From: an uncultured candidatus Porisulfidus sp.
GTDB lineage: Bacteria; Pseudomonadota; Gammaproteobacteria; Poriferisulfidales; Poriferisulfidaceae
DNA: 64,000 bases
Assembly (NCBI GenBank): GCA_965204575.1
Contig: OZ241993.1
Coordinates: 1,040,586 to 1,104,585, forward strand
Reading direction: 5' to 3'
In this document: piece by piece, positions 1 to 10,308 of the stretch
How the letters are laid out: the number at the start of each line of letters is the position of its first letter
How positions within the stretch are numbered: the first letter of the stretch is position 1
Translations under genes and position numbers: made by a program
Notes under the pieces: model-generated
Database searches by the model: none
Told to the model about the DNA's origin: nothing
Seen by the model: the letters and a program-made list of their open reading frames with translations, nothing else

Positions 1-1347
1 GAAGAGATGGACCGCCTGGACCGGCGCATGATTCAGCTCAAGATCGAACGCCAGGCCCTGCGCAAGGAGGACGATCCGGCCTCCCGCGAGCGGCTGAAGG
101 TGCTGGAGGAAGAACTGGCGCGCCTGGAGAAGGAGTATGCCGACCTGGAGGAGGTCTGGAAGGCCGAGAAGTCGGCGGTCAGCGATACCGCCCGGCTCAA
201 GAAGGAACTGGACCAGGCGCGGCTCGAAATGGACCGGGCGCGGCGTGAGAACGACCTGGAGCGTGCCGCGGAACTGCAGCACGGGATCATCCCGGACCTT
301 CAGCGCCAGCTGGAGCAGGCACATGACTCGGAGAAGCCGCAGGCGACCCTGTTCCAGGACATCGTCACCGAAGAGGAAATCGCCGAGGTGGTGGCGCGTG
401 CGACCGGCATCCCGGTGTCCCGGATGCTGGAGGGAGAGAAAGAGCGGCTGCTGCGCATGGAGGAGGCGCTGCACCGGCGGGTGGTCGGCCAGGACGAGGC
501 CGTGACCGCGGTCTGCCACGCAATCCGGCGCTCCCGCTCCGGGCTGACCGACCCGGGCCGCCCGATCGGGTCTTTCCTGTTCCTGGGGCCGACCGGTGTG
601 GGCAAGACCGAACTATGCAAGGCGCTGGCGGAATTCCTGTTCGACCAGGAGTCGGCGATGGTGCGCGTGGACATGTCGGAGTTCATGGAAAAGCATTCCG
701 TGGCGCGGTTGATTGGCGCGCCGCCTGGGTACGTGGGCTACGAGGAAGGCGGCCGGTTGACCGAAGCGGTGCGCCGCCGCCCGTTCACGGTGGTCTTGCT
801 CGACGAGATCGAGAAGGCGCACCCGGACGTGTTCAACGTGCTGTTGCAACTGCTCGACGACGGCCGCCTGACGGACGGCCACGGCCGGACCGTAAGTTTT
901 GCCAATGCGGTGGTGGCGATGACCTCCAACCTGGGCAGCGACACGGTGCAGAAGATGGCGCGCGAGTCGCACGAGGACCTGAAGCTTGCCCTGCAGGAGC
1001 GGTTGACGGAGCACTTCCGCCCGGAATTCATCAACCGGATTGACGAGACGCTGGTGTTCCGGGCATTGCAGCGCGAACAGATCCACGAGATCGTCCGCAT
1101 CCAGGTCGAGCGGCTCAAGGAGCGCTTAGCCGAGCGCAACCTGGCGCTGGAGTTGTCGGACGAAGCCGTCGAATTCATCGGCAATGCCGGCTACGACCCG
1201 GACTACGGCGCGCGACCCCTGCGCCGGGTGTTGCGCAACGACCTGGAGAACCCGTTGGCTCAGGCGCTTCTGGAGGGGAAATTCCTGCCCGGCCAGACGG
1301 TGCAGGTGGATTGCGGGAAAGAGGGCCTCCGCCTTATCGCGGCGTAA
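1..1347 (+). CDS. clpB: ClpB disaggregase, C-terminal part (5' end outside window)
   Basis: The frame is open from nt 1. A middle coiled-coil region is followed by NBD2 with Walker A GPTGVGKT, Walker [12 protein letters not shown] and GARPLRR. Stop at 1345-1347. Confidence 0.95.
   Translation, partial: EEMDRLDRRMIQLKIERQALRKEDDPASRERLKVLEEELARLEKEYADLEEVWKAEKSAVSDTARLKKELDQARLEMDRARRENDLERAAELQHGIIPDLQRQLEQAHDSEKPQATLFQDIVTEEEIAEVVARATGIPVSRMLEGEKERLLRMEEALHRRVVGQDEAVTAVCHAIRRSRSGLTDPGRPIGSFLFLGPTGVGKTELCKALAEFLFDQESAMVRVDMSEFMEKHSVARLIGAPPGYVGYEEGGRLTEAVRRRPFTVVLLDEIEKAHPDVFNVLLQLLDDGRLTDGHGRTVSFANAVVAMTSNLGSDTVQKMARESHEDLKLALQERLTEHFRPEFINRIDETLVFRALQREQIHEIVRIQVERLKERLAERNLALELSDEAVEFIGNAGYDPDYGARPLRRVLRNDLENPLAQALLEGKFLPGQTVQVDCGKEGLRLIAA
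1275..1347 (+). repeat. Direct repeat copy 1: the functional 3' end of clpB, duplicated at 2596-2668
   Basis: ggggaaattcctgcccggccagacggtgcaggtggattgcggg... recurs with a few mismatches at 2596. Confidence 0.8.
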
Positions 1348-1520
1348 CTTTCGCCAGCAGGAATTCCATCAGGACATCCACGAAATGGACGACCTTGTTC
1401 CGCGCAATGGTCGGTAAGACCATCACCTGCAAGGAACCTACGTCACAAATCCGGGCTGAATTTAGGGGGAAGACGCACGAAAATTTGACAGGAATCATTA
1501 GTGGTGCTAGGTTTTGACCC

Positions 1521-1739
1521 ATGCCGGAGCATAAAATTCAAAGGGCTAAATCTTTCCGTTCGGGTTTTCTCGACGGAGTGATCTTTTTGTTAAGAATTAA
1601 TGAAATGGATTCTTTGGAGGAGAGAAGCCGCCGGAGGATTCAAGATTACGATCCCAGTTATTTAAGGGAATCTGGAGATCTCGAACGGATTGGACGCGAT
1701 ATGAGGGAAGCGTTTTCAAATGTAGTAGATGTCCCGTAA
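1521..1739 (+). CDS. Hypothetical protein (72 aa) in a low-GC insert
   Basis: ORF only. No recognisable motifs. Composition differs from the flanking genes. Confidence 0.3.
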   Translation: MPEHKIQRAKSFRSGFLDGVIFLLRINEMDSLEERSRRRIQDYDPSYLRESGDLERIGRDMREAFSNVVDVP

Positions 1740-1790
1740 AAAGACCAGACGGGAACGAGCAAGTCGTTCGAACTTGTCTCCACAAAAAGA

Positions 1791-2177
1791 GTGCCCCGGC
1801 AAACAAATCCAGCAGAACCCGCCGAACAAGAAAATCAAGCCCTGATTCAGACAGAGAGCAGTTTTTCCGGTCCTTTGCCACATCCGGAACTTTTTGCTCA
1901 ATACGATAAGGTTTTGCCTGGCACGGCTGAACGGATATTAAAAATGACCGAGTCTGAACAGGGGCATCGGCATTCTTTAGTTAGAGCTGTTCTCAAAGGA
2001 GATCAGCGCTATCGACTTTTCGGGATGACATTTGCTTTTCTTATCTGGATGGGAGCCATTGGTGGAGCTATATATCTGATCTCCATTGACAAAGATTGGA
2101 TGGGCGGTTTCATTTTCTTTATTGCCCTGGCAGGAATCGTCCGACAATTTATTCAAGGGAAAAGCCAGAACAAGTGA
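1791..2177 (+). CDS. DUF2335-like membrane protein
   Basis: GPLPHPELFAQYDKVLPGTAERILKMTESEQGHRH matches the DUF2335 signature as I recall it. Two C-terminal hydrophobic helices. GTG start. Confidence 0.6.
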   Translation: MPRQTNPAEPAEQENQALIQTESSFSGPLPHPELFAQYDKVLPGTAERILKMTESEQGHRHSLVRAVLKGDQRYRLFGMTFAFLIWMGAIGGAIYLISIDKDWMGGFIFFIALAGIVRQFIQGKSQNK

Positions 2178-2595
2178 AGAAAAGCAAGGCAGGCATTCCG
2201 ATACCTTCATTTGTCAACTACTCGCTATGATTCCCCTTGTTTTTCAGAAGGTGTGGCTTCCATGTGTGCTAGTTGCCGGGGCAGCCGGATAAGGGAATTT
2301 TTTGATAGGAAATGGAGTTTGGCTGAATAACAAGAGCCAAAGAAATGATGAGAGCCAAATCCCGTCAACCCCGCTCGGGCCCTCTACCTTGGTACCTGCA
2401 TCGGAGGTTGGCATGGTAGGATTTATTCCCGGCAATGAATCCATGGAGTAACCCATGGTTAGAAGACTTAATCCGCCGCCACCGCCACCGCCGTATCCTT
2501 CCAGGCAGAGTTAGTTGCTAATCGGGCTTGACAGCCTTCAATTCCGGAAAAATCGGATCGCTGGGCAAGAAGTGTCTTTTGCCGGACGCTGTCTA

Positions 2596-2668
2596 GGGGA
2601 AATTCCTGCCTGGCCAGACGGTCCAGGTGGATTGCGGAGAAGGGGGCCTGCGCTTCAGTTCGGCGTGA
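2596..2668 (+). pseudogene. Orphan duplicate of the clpB 3' end (direct repeat copy 2)
   Basis: In the clpB frame it would encode [23 protein letters not shown]-stop, against [23 protein letters not shown]-stop in the intact gene. Its stop (2666-2668) overlaps the convergent proS stop by 14 nt. Confidence 0.75.
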
Positions 2669-4373
2669 TTCTCGCCTGCAGGAACTCCAGCAGTCCGTCT
2701 GCCGTCACATCTTCCGCCTCGTCGAGGTTGCGACGATGCCGGTATTCCAGCCGGCCTTCTTCGAGCGTGCGCGGACTGATGACCACCCGGTGAGGGATGC
2801 CGACCAGGTCGGCTTCGGCAAACATGACCCCCGGGCGCAGGTTGCGGTCGTCGAGCAGGACCTCAATGCCAAGTTCCCTGCATTGCCCATATAGCGTTTC
2901 GGCGGTATCGCGAACCGTATCGTCGCGATCGGCACCGATCGGGCACAGCAGGACGGAAAAGGGTGCCATCGCATCCGGCCAGATGATGCCATGCTCATCG
3001 TGGTTTTGTTCGATGGCGGCGGCCACGATCCGGGTAATGCCGATGCCGTAGCAGCCCATCGTGACGACCTGAGCCTTGCCGTCGGGATCCAGTACGGTGC
3101 AGTCCATGGCCTGACTGTATTTGTTGCCGAGCTGGAAGATGTGGCCGACTTCAATGCCGCGCGCACTGCGTACGGGACCGCTCCCGTCCGGACTCGTTTC
3201 CCCGTCCTCAAGGTTGCGGATATCGCAGATCTGGTCCGGAGTCGCGTCGCGCTCCCAGTTGACGCCGGTGTAGTGCACGCCCTCGCGGTTGGCGCCGCAC
3301 ACGAAATCCGAAAGCACGGCTGCGCTGGCATCGACGTAGAGGGGCAGTTCAAGCCCGGCAGGCCCCAGCGAACCAACCGGGCAACCGAGCTTCTTCTGGA
3401 CTTCCTCTTCATCTGCAAAGCACAACGGGCTTCGGACGCCTTCGATCTTGGCAGCCTTCACCGCATTCAGGCGATGATCGCCGCGCAGGATCAGCGCGAC
3501 CAGCGAGCCTTCCTCCTCACCCTGGACGATCAGGGTCTTGACCGACTGTTCCGGCGGCGTGCCGAGGAACTCCGAGACCTCCTCGATGGTGTGCTGGCCG
3601 GGGGTGTCGACCTCTTTCATTTCCTGGGTCGGCTCGGGACGCGGGGACTCCGGGGCCGGGGCGGGCGCCTGCTCCACGTTGGCCGCGTAATCCGACTGCT
3701 CCGAATACACGATCTCGTCTTCGCCGGAATCCGCCAGTACGTGGAATTCGTGCGACAGGGCACCGCCGATCGCACCCGAATCGGCCCGCACGTATCGATA
3801 TTCGAGCCCCAGGCGGTCGAAGATCCGGCAGTAGGCGAGGCGCATCTCCTCGTAGGTCTCATCCAGGCTGGCCGGGTCGAGATGGAACGAATAGGCGTCC
3901 TTCATCACGAATTCCCGGGCCCGCATCACGCCGAAACGGGGGCGGATCTCGTCCCGGAACTTGGTCTGGATCTGGTAGTAGTTCACCGGCAGCTGGCGGT
4001 AGCTCTTGAGTTCGCGCCGCGCGATGTCGGTGATGACTTCCTCGTGGGTCGGGCCGAAGCAGAATTCCCGTTCGTGGCGGTCGGCGAAGCGCAGCAGTTC
4101 CGGCCCGTACTGCTCCCAGCGCCCGGATTCGTGCCACAATTCCGCCGGTTGCACGGCCGGCATCAGCAATTCCACGGCACCGCTGCGGTCCATTTCCTCG
4201 CGCACGATGGTTTCGACCTTGCGCGCAACCTTCAGGCCGAAGGGCATCCAGCTGTACAGCCCGGCGGCCAGCATCCGGATGAGGCCGGCGCGCAGCATCA
4301 ACTGGTGGCTCACGATCTCGGCATCGGCCGGGGTCTCCTTGAGCGTGGTCAGAGGCAGTCGGGACAGGCGCAT
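2655..4373 (-). CDS. proS: Prolyl-tRNA synthetase
   Basis: 572 aa bacterial-type ProRS. N-terminus [33 protein letters not shown], with an editing-domain insertion and a C-terminal anticodon-binding domain. Confidence 0.97.
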   Translation of the reverse strand: MRLSRLPLTTLKETPADAEIVSHQLMLRAGLIRMLAAGLYSWMPFGLKVARKVETIVREEMDRSGAVELLMPAVQPAELWHESGRWEQYGPELLRFADRHEREFCFGPTHEEVITDIARRELKSYRQLPVNYYQIQTKFRDEIRPRFGVMRAREFVMKDAYSFHLDPASLDETYEEMRLAYCRIFDRLGLEYRYVRADSGAIGGALSHEFHVLADSGEDEIVYSEQSDYAANVEQAPAPAPESPRPEPTQEMKEVDTPGQHTIEEVSEFLGTPPEQSVKTLIVQGEEEGSLVALILRGDHRLNAVKAAKIEGVRSPLCFADEEEVQKKLGCPVGSLGPAGLELPLYVDASAAVLSDFVCGANREGVHYTGVNWERDATPDQICDIRNLEDGETSPDGSGPVRSARGIEVGHIFQLGNKYSQAMDCTVLDPDGKAQVVTMGCYGIGITRIVAAAIEQNHDEHGIIWPDAMAPFSVLLCPIGADRDDTVRDTAETLYGQCRELGIEVLLDDRNLRPGVMFAEADLVGIPHRVVISPRTLEEGRLEYRHRRNLDEAEDVTADGLLEFLQARITPN

Positions 4374-4480
4374 GGTCGACGGTCAGGCGCGCCCATCATA
4401 CAGAAACAAAGGCGCCGGGCGGGCAGCGCCACGAATGTCCTGTCGGCTTTCGCTTCGGTGCGGGCTCGCTGAAAATCCGG

Positions 4481-4795
4481 TCACGCAAATGCTTCTCGAT
4501 GCTGTGGCTCTTGCGCCGCATGTTGCCGGCGCGCCTGGGCCAGTTCATAACTCGCCTGCATGCGCATCCAGTGATCGGCAGTTCCCCAGCCGATGTTTTC
4601 CAGTGCGAGTGCCATGTTGGCGGATAATCCCGCCTTGCCGTTCAGCAGGCGCGACAAGGTCCCCCGCTCGCAATGCAGGTGGGCAGCCGTCTCGGTGACA
4701 TTCCAGCCGACTGCTTCAATGTTTTCACGAATCAGTTCGCCCAGATGCGGTGGATTCAGCATCGGGCGGGCGCGTTTGCTGTCGTTTCTGTTCAT
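4481..4795 (-). CDS. higA: HigA-family XRE helix-turn-helix antitoxin, no HigB partner recognisable
   Basis: 104 aa: LNPPHLGELIRENIEAVGWNVTETAAHLHCERGTLSRLLNGKAGLSANMALALE. ATG at 4795. The rest of tracked ORF 4481..5551 is antisense to the LysR gene. Confidence 0.8.
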   Translation of the reverse strand: MNRNDSKRARPMLNPPHLGELIRENIEAVGWNVTETAAHLHCERGTLSRLLNGKAGLSANMALALENIGWGTADHWMRMQASYELAQARRQHAAQEPQHREAFA

Positions 4796-4984
4796 GGATT
4801 CTGCCCCTTCCCGTTTTGTGGCGTCGATCTGGTCATTCCCGGTCGTCACGGAGGTATTGTGGCGTGTCGTGCCATGTGCTGCAACCCGCGGGCACTTTCG
4901 AGGGTGGGACATGGCGGAGATCGGATACGCCCGCGCAACATCCGCGGTGTATACTTGCAGGAATCCCATGAGCGCGTACCCGCG

Positions 4985-5896
4985 ATGTCCGACCGCCGCC
5001 TGAAAGCCTTCTACACGGTGGCCCGGCTGCTGAGTTTTACCAAGGCGGCCAAAGTCCTGCACCTGACCCAGCCGGCGGTGACGTTCCAGATCCGGCAGTT
5101 GGAGGATTACTACAAGACGCGTCTGTTCGACCGGACGCACAATCGCATCACGCTGACCGAATCCGGCGCCAAGGTGTACGAGTACGCGCGCCAGATCTTC
5201 GAGTTGTACAACGAACTGGAAACCGAGATGAACCGCATCGCCGGCGACCTGACCGGGCCGGTCACGGTCGGCGCCAGCAACACCATCGCGGTGTACATGC
5301 TGCCGCGGATGCTGCGCGAGTTCCGCACCCACCACCCGGAAATGGTATTGCGCCTGAAGGTCTCGAACACCGAAGGGGTGGCGACGATGGTGGAGAGCGG
5401 CACGGCCGACCTCGGCATCGTGGAAGGGCCGGTGAGCGACAAGGCCTTGCTGGTGGAGATGTGCAAGATGGACGAACTGGTGGCGATCGCGCCGCCCAGG
5501 CACCCGCTCCTGCACAGCGCGCCGGTGCGCATCAGCCAGGTGCTGCAGCACCCGTTCGTCATGCGCGAGGAAGGGTCCGGGACCCGCAAGGTCATCATGA
5601 ACTACCTGGAAAACCAGCGCATCGGCGTCGACCGCATCGACATCGTGATGGAACTCGGCGGCCTGGAGGCGATCAAGGCCGCGGTGGAGTCCGGCATGGG
5701 CGTGTCAATCCTCTCGCGCGAGACCATCCACAAGGAGTTGCAGCTGCGCACCCTGAGTTGCGCGTCCCTGACCCCGGCGCTGACCCGCCAGCTGTCCCTG
5801 GTCAGCCTGCGCCAGCCGCACCGCCCCCCGACCGTGGAAGCCCTGCGGGACTTCGCCATGGATTTCTACGCCGCCGTGCCGGAGGCAGCCGCGTGA
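4985..5896 (+). CDS. LysR-family transcriptional regulator
   Basis: N-terminal wHTH RLKAFYTVARLLSFTKAAKVLHLTQPAVTFQIRQLE followed by a substrate-binding domain. ATG at 4985. Confidence 0.9.
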   Translation: MSDRRLKAFYTVARLLSFTKAAKVLHLTQPAVTFQIRQLEDYYKTRLFDRTHNRITLTESGAKVYEYARQIFELYNELETEMNRIAGDLTGPVTVGASNTIAVYMLPRMLREFRTHHPEMVLRLKVSNTEGVATMVESGTADLGIVEGPVSDKALLVEMCKMDELVAIAPPRHPLLHSAPVRISQVLQHPFVMREEGSGTRKVIMNYLENQRIGVDRIDIVMELGGLEAIKAAVESGMGVSILSRETIHKELQLRTLSCASLTPALTRQLSLVSLRQPHRPPTVEALRDFAMDFYAAVPEAAA

Positions 5897-6948
5897 TCAA
5901 GGTGTTCCGCGAATGGTACGGGCGGCATTTCACGGACCCGCAGCAGGTCACCCTGCTGTTGCTGATCGGCCTGGGGCTGGCCCTGGCCCTGTTCATCGGC
6001 GACATCCTGGCGCCGCTTCTGGTCAGCGTCCTTCTGGCCTACATCCTCGAAGGGCTGATCCGCACGCTGGAGGAGGCCCGGATCCCGCGGTTGTTCTCCT
6101 TCCTCCTGGTCTACGTCCTGTTCGTGGCGGTCCTGTTGCTGTTGCTGCTGCGCCTGGTGCCGGTGCTGTCGGAACAGATCGTGGATCTCGCGGCGCGGCT
6201 GCCGAGCATGGTCGCGGCGGGGCAGCGTTGGGTCGAGTCGCTCCCGGACCTTTACCCGGAACTGGTCAGCCCGACCCAGGTGGAACAGATCCTGACGGCG
6301 GTGCGGGTGGAAGTGCTGGCGTTCGCGGACGAGATCATCCGCTTTTCCCTGGACACGGTGGTGGACGTGCTGTCGATCGTGGTGTACACGGTCGTCGTGC
6401 CGATCCTGGTGTTCTTCCTGCTCAAGGACAAGCGGCGGATCCTGGACTGGGCCAAGACCTACCTGCCGGCACCGCAGTCGCTCAGTTCCCGGGTCTGGGG
6501 CGAAATGGACCTGAAGGTGTCGCAGTACCTCCGCGGCAAGCTGATCGAGATCGGGGTGGTCTGGGTCGCGACGTTCTTCGCGTTCGCGCTGTTCGGCCTG
6601 CAGTATGCGCTGCTGCTGTCGTTCCTGGTCGGACTGTCGGTCATCATCCCGTACGTGGGCGCGGTGGTGGTGACGGTCCCGGTGATGCTGGTTGCCGCCT
6701 TCCAGTGGGGCCTGAGCCCGGAGTTCGCCTACCTGATGCTGGCCTACCTCGTGATCCAGTTCCTGGACGGAAACCTTCTGGTGCCGCTGCTGTTCTCGGA
6801 GGCGGTCGACCTCCATCCGGCCGCCATCCTGACCGCGATCCTGGTGTTCGGCGGGTTCTGGGGCGTATGGGGCGTGCTGTTCGCCATCCCCTTGGCTTCG
6901 CTGATCGACGTGGTGCTGCGCAGTTGGCCGCGCGCCGCGCCGGACTAG
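5893..6948 (+). CDS. AI-2E family (PerM/UPF0118) transporter
   Basis: About 351 aa polytopic membrane protein. The GTG start overlaps the LysR stop (GTGA). Multiple hydrophobic helices and the C-terminal GVLFAIPLA motif region. Confidence 0.85.
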   Translation: MIKVFREWYGRHFTDPQQVTLLLLIGLGLALALFIGDILAPLLVSVLLAYILEGLIRTLEEARIPRLFSFLLVYVLFVAVLLLLLLRLVPVLSEQIVDLAARLPSMVAAGQRWVESLPDLYPELVSPTQVEQILTAVRVEVLAFADEIIRFSLDTVVDVLSIVVYTVVVPILVFFLLKDKRRILDWAKTYLPAPQSLSSRVWGEMDLKVSQYLRGKLIEIGVVWVATFFAFALFGLQYALLLSFLVGLSVIIPYVGAVVVTVPVMLVAAFQWGLSPEFAYLMLAYLVIQFLDGNLLVPLLFSEAVDLHPAAILTAILVFGGFWGVWGVLFAIPLASLIDVVLRSWPRAAPD

Positions 6949-6955
6949 GGAAGAA

Positions 6956-7438
6956 TCAGGCTTTCGACAGGTCGGCGACTGCCGCCAGCACTTCCGCCGC
7001 GTGTTCGGGCACCCGGACCTTGCGCCAGACGCGGCGCACGACGCCCTCCGGGTCGATCAGGAAGGTGCTGCGCTCGATGCCGCGGACTTTCCGCCCGTAC
7101 ATGTTCTTCATCTTGATGACGTCGTAGCGCTTGCAGGCGACCTCGTCCGGGTCGGAGAGGAGCTGGAACGGGAACTTGTGCTTGGACTTGAAGTTCTCAT
7201 GCATCTTGAGCGTGTCGCGGGAGATGCCGAAGACGACGGTCCGGCGCCGGCGGAAGCGCGGGTACAGGTCGCGGAAATCCTGGCCCTCGGCGGTGCAGCC
7301 GGGCGTGTTGTCCTTGGGATAGAAGTACACCACCACGGGGCGGCCACGGAGTTCGGACAGACGCACGGGCTTGCCGCCCGTCGCCACCAGTTCGAAGTCT
7401 GGAGCCTTGTTGCCTTCCGCAACCGGTTTCCGCGCCAT
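6956..7438 (-). CDS. bcp: Thiol peroxidase Bcp (peroxiredoxin)
   Basis: YFYPKDNTPGCTAEGQDF active-site motif. 160 aa. Confidence 0.93.
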   Translation of the reverse strand: MARKPVAEGNKAPDFELVATGGKPVRLSELRGRPVVVYFYPKDNTPGCTAEGQDFRDLYPRFRRRRTVVFGISRDTLKMHENFKSKHKFPFQLLSDPDEVACKRYDVIKMKNMYGRKVRGIERSTFLIDPEGVVRRVWRKVRVPEHAAEVLAAVADLSKA

Positions 7439-7554
7439 TTTCTACGAATGACTTCAGAATTAAGGAGATTTCAGCATAGCATATTCGGGAGTGCGCCCCG
7501 AAGGGGGGTGAGGCAGCGATTTCGAGGGCTGCCGCCTCCAAGTCACCCTGTCGC

Positions 7555-7887
7555 CTACTCCAGGATCGCGGCAAGACGGGCGAGCACGTCGTTCATGATG
7601 GATTCAGGAACGGTGTCGACACATCTTCCTTTCCGGGCACCGAGGTCAAGTGCGCGAGGCTGGTCGCAGCGGATTACCCCGGTTGTCCGGGTATCCGCGC
7701 CCTCCAGGGAAACCGCGAAGCCGCGCCTGCGCGCAAATCCTCCACCCGTGGCGATGGGCAGAACGACGGGGATCCCGGTGAGATGGTTGAAAGGGGCGGG
7801 AGAGACGATCAGGACGGGTCGGGTTCCCTGCTGTTCATGGCCCGCGGTGGGATCAAGGCTGACGAGCCAGATGTCGCCTCGCTCCAC
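7555..7887 (-). CDS. mazF: MazF/PemK-family endoribonuclease toxin
   Basis: RGDIWLVSLDPTAGHEQQGTRPVLIVSPAPFN...VIRCDQPRALD. 110 aa. GTG start abutting the upstream antitoxin stop. Confidence 0.9.
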   Translation of the reverse strand: MERGDIWLVSLDPTAGHEQQGTRPVLIVSPAPFNHLTGIPVVLPIATGGGFARRRGFAVSLEGADTRTTGVIRCDQPRALDLGARKGRCVDTVPESIMNDVLARLAAILE

Positions 7888-8156
7888 TACAGCAACTCGC
7901 GGCCGACCGGCTTCGCCTCAACCCAGGCGCGGTCTTTGGCAGAAGTGGGAGCGGTCTCGTCGCATTGCCCCAGGAGGTCATCAAGCGAATAACGGGGGCG
8001 TGCCTCGGGCTCAATCACCAGACGGCCATCCTGGACGTCGATCTCCACCTTGGCTCCGGCTCCAAGTTTCAGGAGGTCGAGAATGGCGGGAGGGACTGCG
8101 AGCATGATGGAACCGCCGACCTTCCGCAGGTTTGTCGAGTGCATGAATGCCTCCAT
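7887..8156 (-). CDS. mazE: MazE/PemI-type AbrB/SpoVT-fold antitoxin
   Basis: NLRKVGGSIMLAVPPAILDLLKLGAGAKVEIDVQDGRLVIEP swapped-hairpin motif. Lies immediately upstream of the toxin. Confidence 0.85.
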   Translation of the reverse strand: MEAFMHSTNLRKVGGSIMLAVPPAILDLLKLGAGAKVEIDVQDGRLVIEPEARPRYSLDDLLGQCDETAPTSAKDRAWVEAKPVGRELL

Positions 8157-8293
8157 TAGTTATATATAAATATAACAAATGCAGGATCGAAACACCAGCC
8201 GCAGACCTTGTGTCTAGAAAGCATATCGGCGGGTTCGACGGGATTATTGGCGGGGTTAAGTTAAACTGTAAAGGCGTATCCACCGGCTCTCGC

Positions 8294-9178
8294 ATGACGA
8301 CTTTTCAAGGCAGCATGGTTGCCATGGCAACCCCCATGAGTGCATCAGGGGAGGTGGACTATGCGGCACTGTCCGCGCTGGTGGACTTCCATCTGGAGCA
8401 GGGCAGCGATGCGCTGGTTCCGGTCGGCACGACGGGAGAATCGGCGACCTTGAGCGTGGAAGAGCACCACGAGGTGATCCGCCGCGTGGTGAAGCAGGTG
8501 AATGGGCGGATTCCGGTCATCGCGGGCACCGGCGCCAACGCCACCACCGAGGCCATCGAACTGACCCGCTACGCCCACGAGGCTGGAGCCGATGCCTGCC
8601 TGCTGGTGACCCCGTACTACAACAAGCCGACCCAAGAGGGTCTGTACCGGCATTACCGGGCCATTGCCGGGGCCGTGCCGATTCCGCAGATCCTGTATAA
8701 CGTCCCGGGCCGGACGGCCTGCGACATGCTGCCGGAGACGGTGGCACGACTGTCCGAGCTGGGGTCGATCATCGGCATCAAGGAGGCGACCGGCGACCTG
8801 GAGCGAATCCGGCGTTTGCGCGAGTTGTGCGACGATGCGTTCATAATCATTAGCGGAGACGACGAGACATCCATGGAAACGCTGTTCAACGGAGGCCGGG
8901 GAGTGATCACGGTGACAGGGAATGTGGCGCCCAGACTGATGCACGAGATGTGCCAGGCGGCGCTGGACGGAGACGAAGAAACGGCGCGGGCCTGCAACGG
9001 CAAGCTGGAGCGCCTCCATCGGGACCTGTTCGTCGAATCCAACCCGATCCCGGTCAAGTGGTGCCTGAACCGGATGGGGTTGATTCCGGAGGGCATCCGG
9101 TTGCCGCTGACCCCGCTTTCGGAAGCGCACCACGAGACCCTGTGTGCCGCCATGCGTGCGGCGGAGGTGCTGGAATGA
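8294..9178 (+). CDS. dapA: 4-hydroxy-tetrahydrodipicolinate synthase
   Basis: MTTFQGSMVAMATPM...VPVGTTGESATLSVEEH...YNVPGRT. ATG at 8294. Confidence 0.95.
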   Translation: MTTFQGSMVAMATPMSASGEVDYAALSALVDFHLEQGSDALVPVGTTGESATLSVEEHHEVIRRVVKQVNGRIPVIAGTGANATTEAIELTRYAHEAGADACLLVTPYYNKPTQEGLYRHYRAIAGAVPIPQILYNVPGRTACDMLPETVARLSELGSIIGIKEATGDLERIRRLRELCDDAFIIISGDDETSMETLFNGGRGVITVTGNVAPRLMHEMCQAALDGDEETARACNGKLERLHRDLFVESNPIPVKWCLNRMGLIPEGIRLPLTPLSEAHHETLCAAMRAAEVLE

Positions 9179-10266
9179 AGCGCTGGCTGTGGGCGGGTTG
9201 CCTGGCGGGCATGCTCGCGGGTTGCGGGGACGAGCCTTTGACCGTCGAGGAACTGGTCGGCGAGGCGGCGGACGTGTTCGAATCCGACTGGTTCGGGGGC
9301 GAGGAAGAGTATGGCGCCAGCCAGTCGACGGAAGCGCTCAGGGTGCCGCCGCAGTTGTCCCTGCCGGATACCAGCAAGCAGTTGATCATCCCGGAGTTCG
9401 GCGGGGTCAGCGCCAAGAAGACCGACCGGGGCCAGGCCGCGGTGTTGCCGAGCTTCCTGGAAATGAAGGTGCGCCGGGAGGGCAATGTGCGCTGGCTGGA
9501 AGTGGGTTCGGACCCGGTCACCTTGTGGCCGCACCTGCGCGCGTTCTGGGAAGACCAGGGGTTCGAGCTGGCCCAGGAGGCGCCGCTGGTCGGTTTGCTG
9601 GAGACGCGGTGGCGCGAGAAGGCGGATGACGTCCGGGCCTTGGAAGCGGAGGGCGGCAGCCCTTATTACGCGGCATCCCGCGAGAAGTTTCGGCTGCGGA
9701 TGGAGCGCGAGCCGAATGCCTACGCCAACGTGTTCATCACGCGTCAGAAGTTGGAAGTGGCGGGCGTGGGTGACAACAATTCGGTGGTCTGGAAGCCCGG
9801 GCGGCCGGATCCGGAACGGGAAGCCGAGATGCTGATTCGCCTGATGGAATACCTGGGCGCGTCGCGGATGGAGGGCGTCGCCACCTTGGAGGAAGAGGAG
9901 GTGGAGGAGACCGTCGGTCTTGATCTGCAGTATGTCGGCGGCATTCCGGTGCTGATGGTGGAGGACGAATACAGCAGCGTATGGCGCCAGGTCGGCGTGG
10001 CTCTGGAACGCTCGGGGCTGTACGTGGTCGACTCTGATCGCGGCCAAGGCACCTACGTGTTCCGCTACCGGAGCGGGGATTCCGCCGACGGAAAAGACGT
10101 CCTGCTGGAAGTGCACCTCTTGGCGCGCGAGGAAAACCTGACGCTGCTGACGGTGCACCGGCACAAATCGAAGCAACCCGTCCGCAAGGAACTGACCCGC
10201 AGCGTGTTGCGCTCGATCCTGGCCGCATACGCGCTGGTGCCCCGCGCCACGGCCGACGCGAAATAA
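9175..10266 (+). CDS. bamC: Outer-membrane assembly lipoprotein BamC (NlpB)
   Basis: Lipobox MLAGC. The ATGA overlap with dapA matches the conserved dapA-bamC synteny. LRVPPQLSLPD motif. Confidence 0.8.
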   Translation: MKRWLWAGCLAGMLAGCGDEPLTVEELVGEAADVFESDWFGGEEEYGASQSTEALRVPPQLSLPDTSKQLIIPEFGGVSAKKTDRGQAAVLPSFLEMKVRREGNVRWLEVGSDPVTLWPHLRAFWEDQGFELAQEAPLVGLLETRWREKADDVRALEAEGGSPYYAASREKFRLRMEREPNAYANVFITRQKLEVAGVGDNNSVVWKPGRPDPEREAEMLIRLMEYLGASRMEGVATLEEEEVEETVGLDLQYVGGIPVLMVEDEYSSVWRQVGVALERSGLYVVDSDRGQGTYVFRYRSGDSADGKDVLLEVHLLAREENLTLLTVHRHKSKQPVRKELTRSVLRSILAAYALVPRATADAK

Positions 10267-10308
10267 TCCAGTTTTAGGATCGCGGTCCGGCCGGAAGCCG
10301 GGCCGCGG

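Noticed and set aside
4796-5551. An N-terminal extension of the HigA ORF (356 aa), or a HigB toxin upstream of higA
   Set aside because: The extension is antisense to the LysR gene. The 190 nt upstream of higA contain no RelE/HigB-like reading frame that I could recognise.
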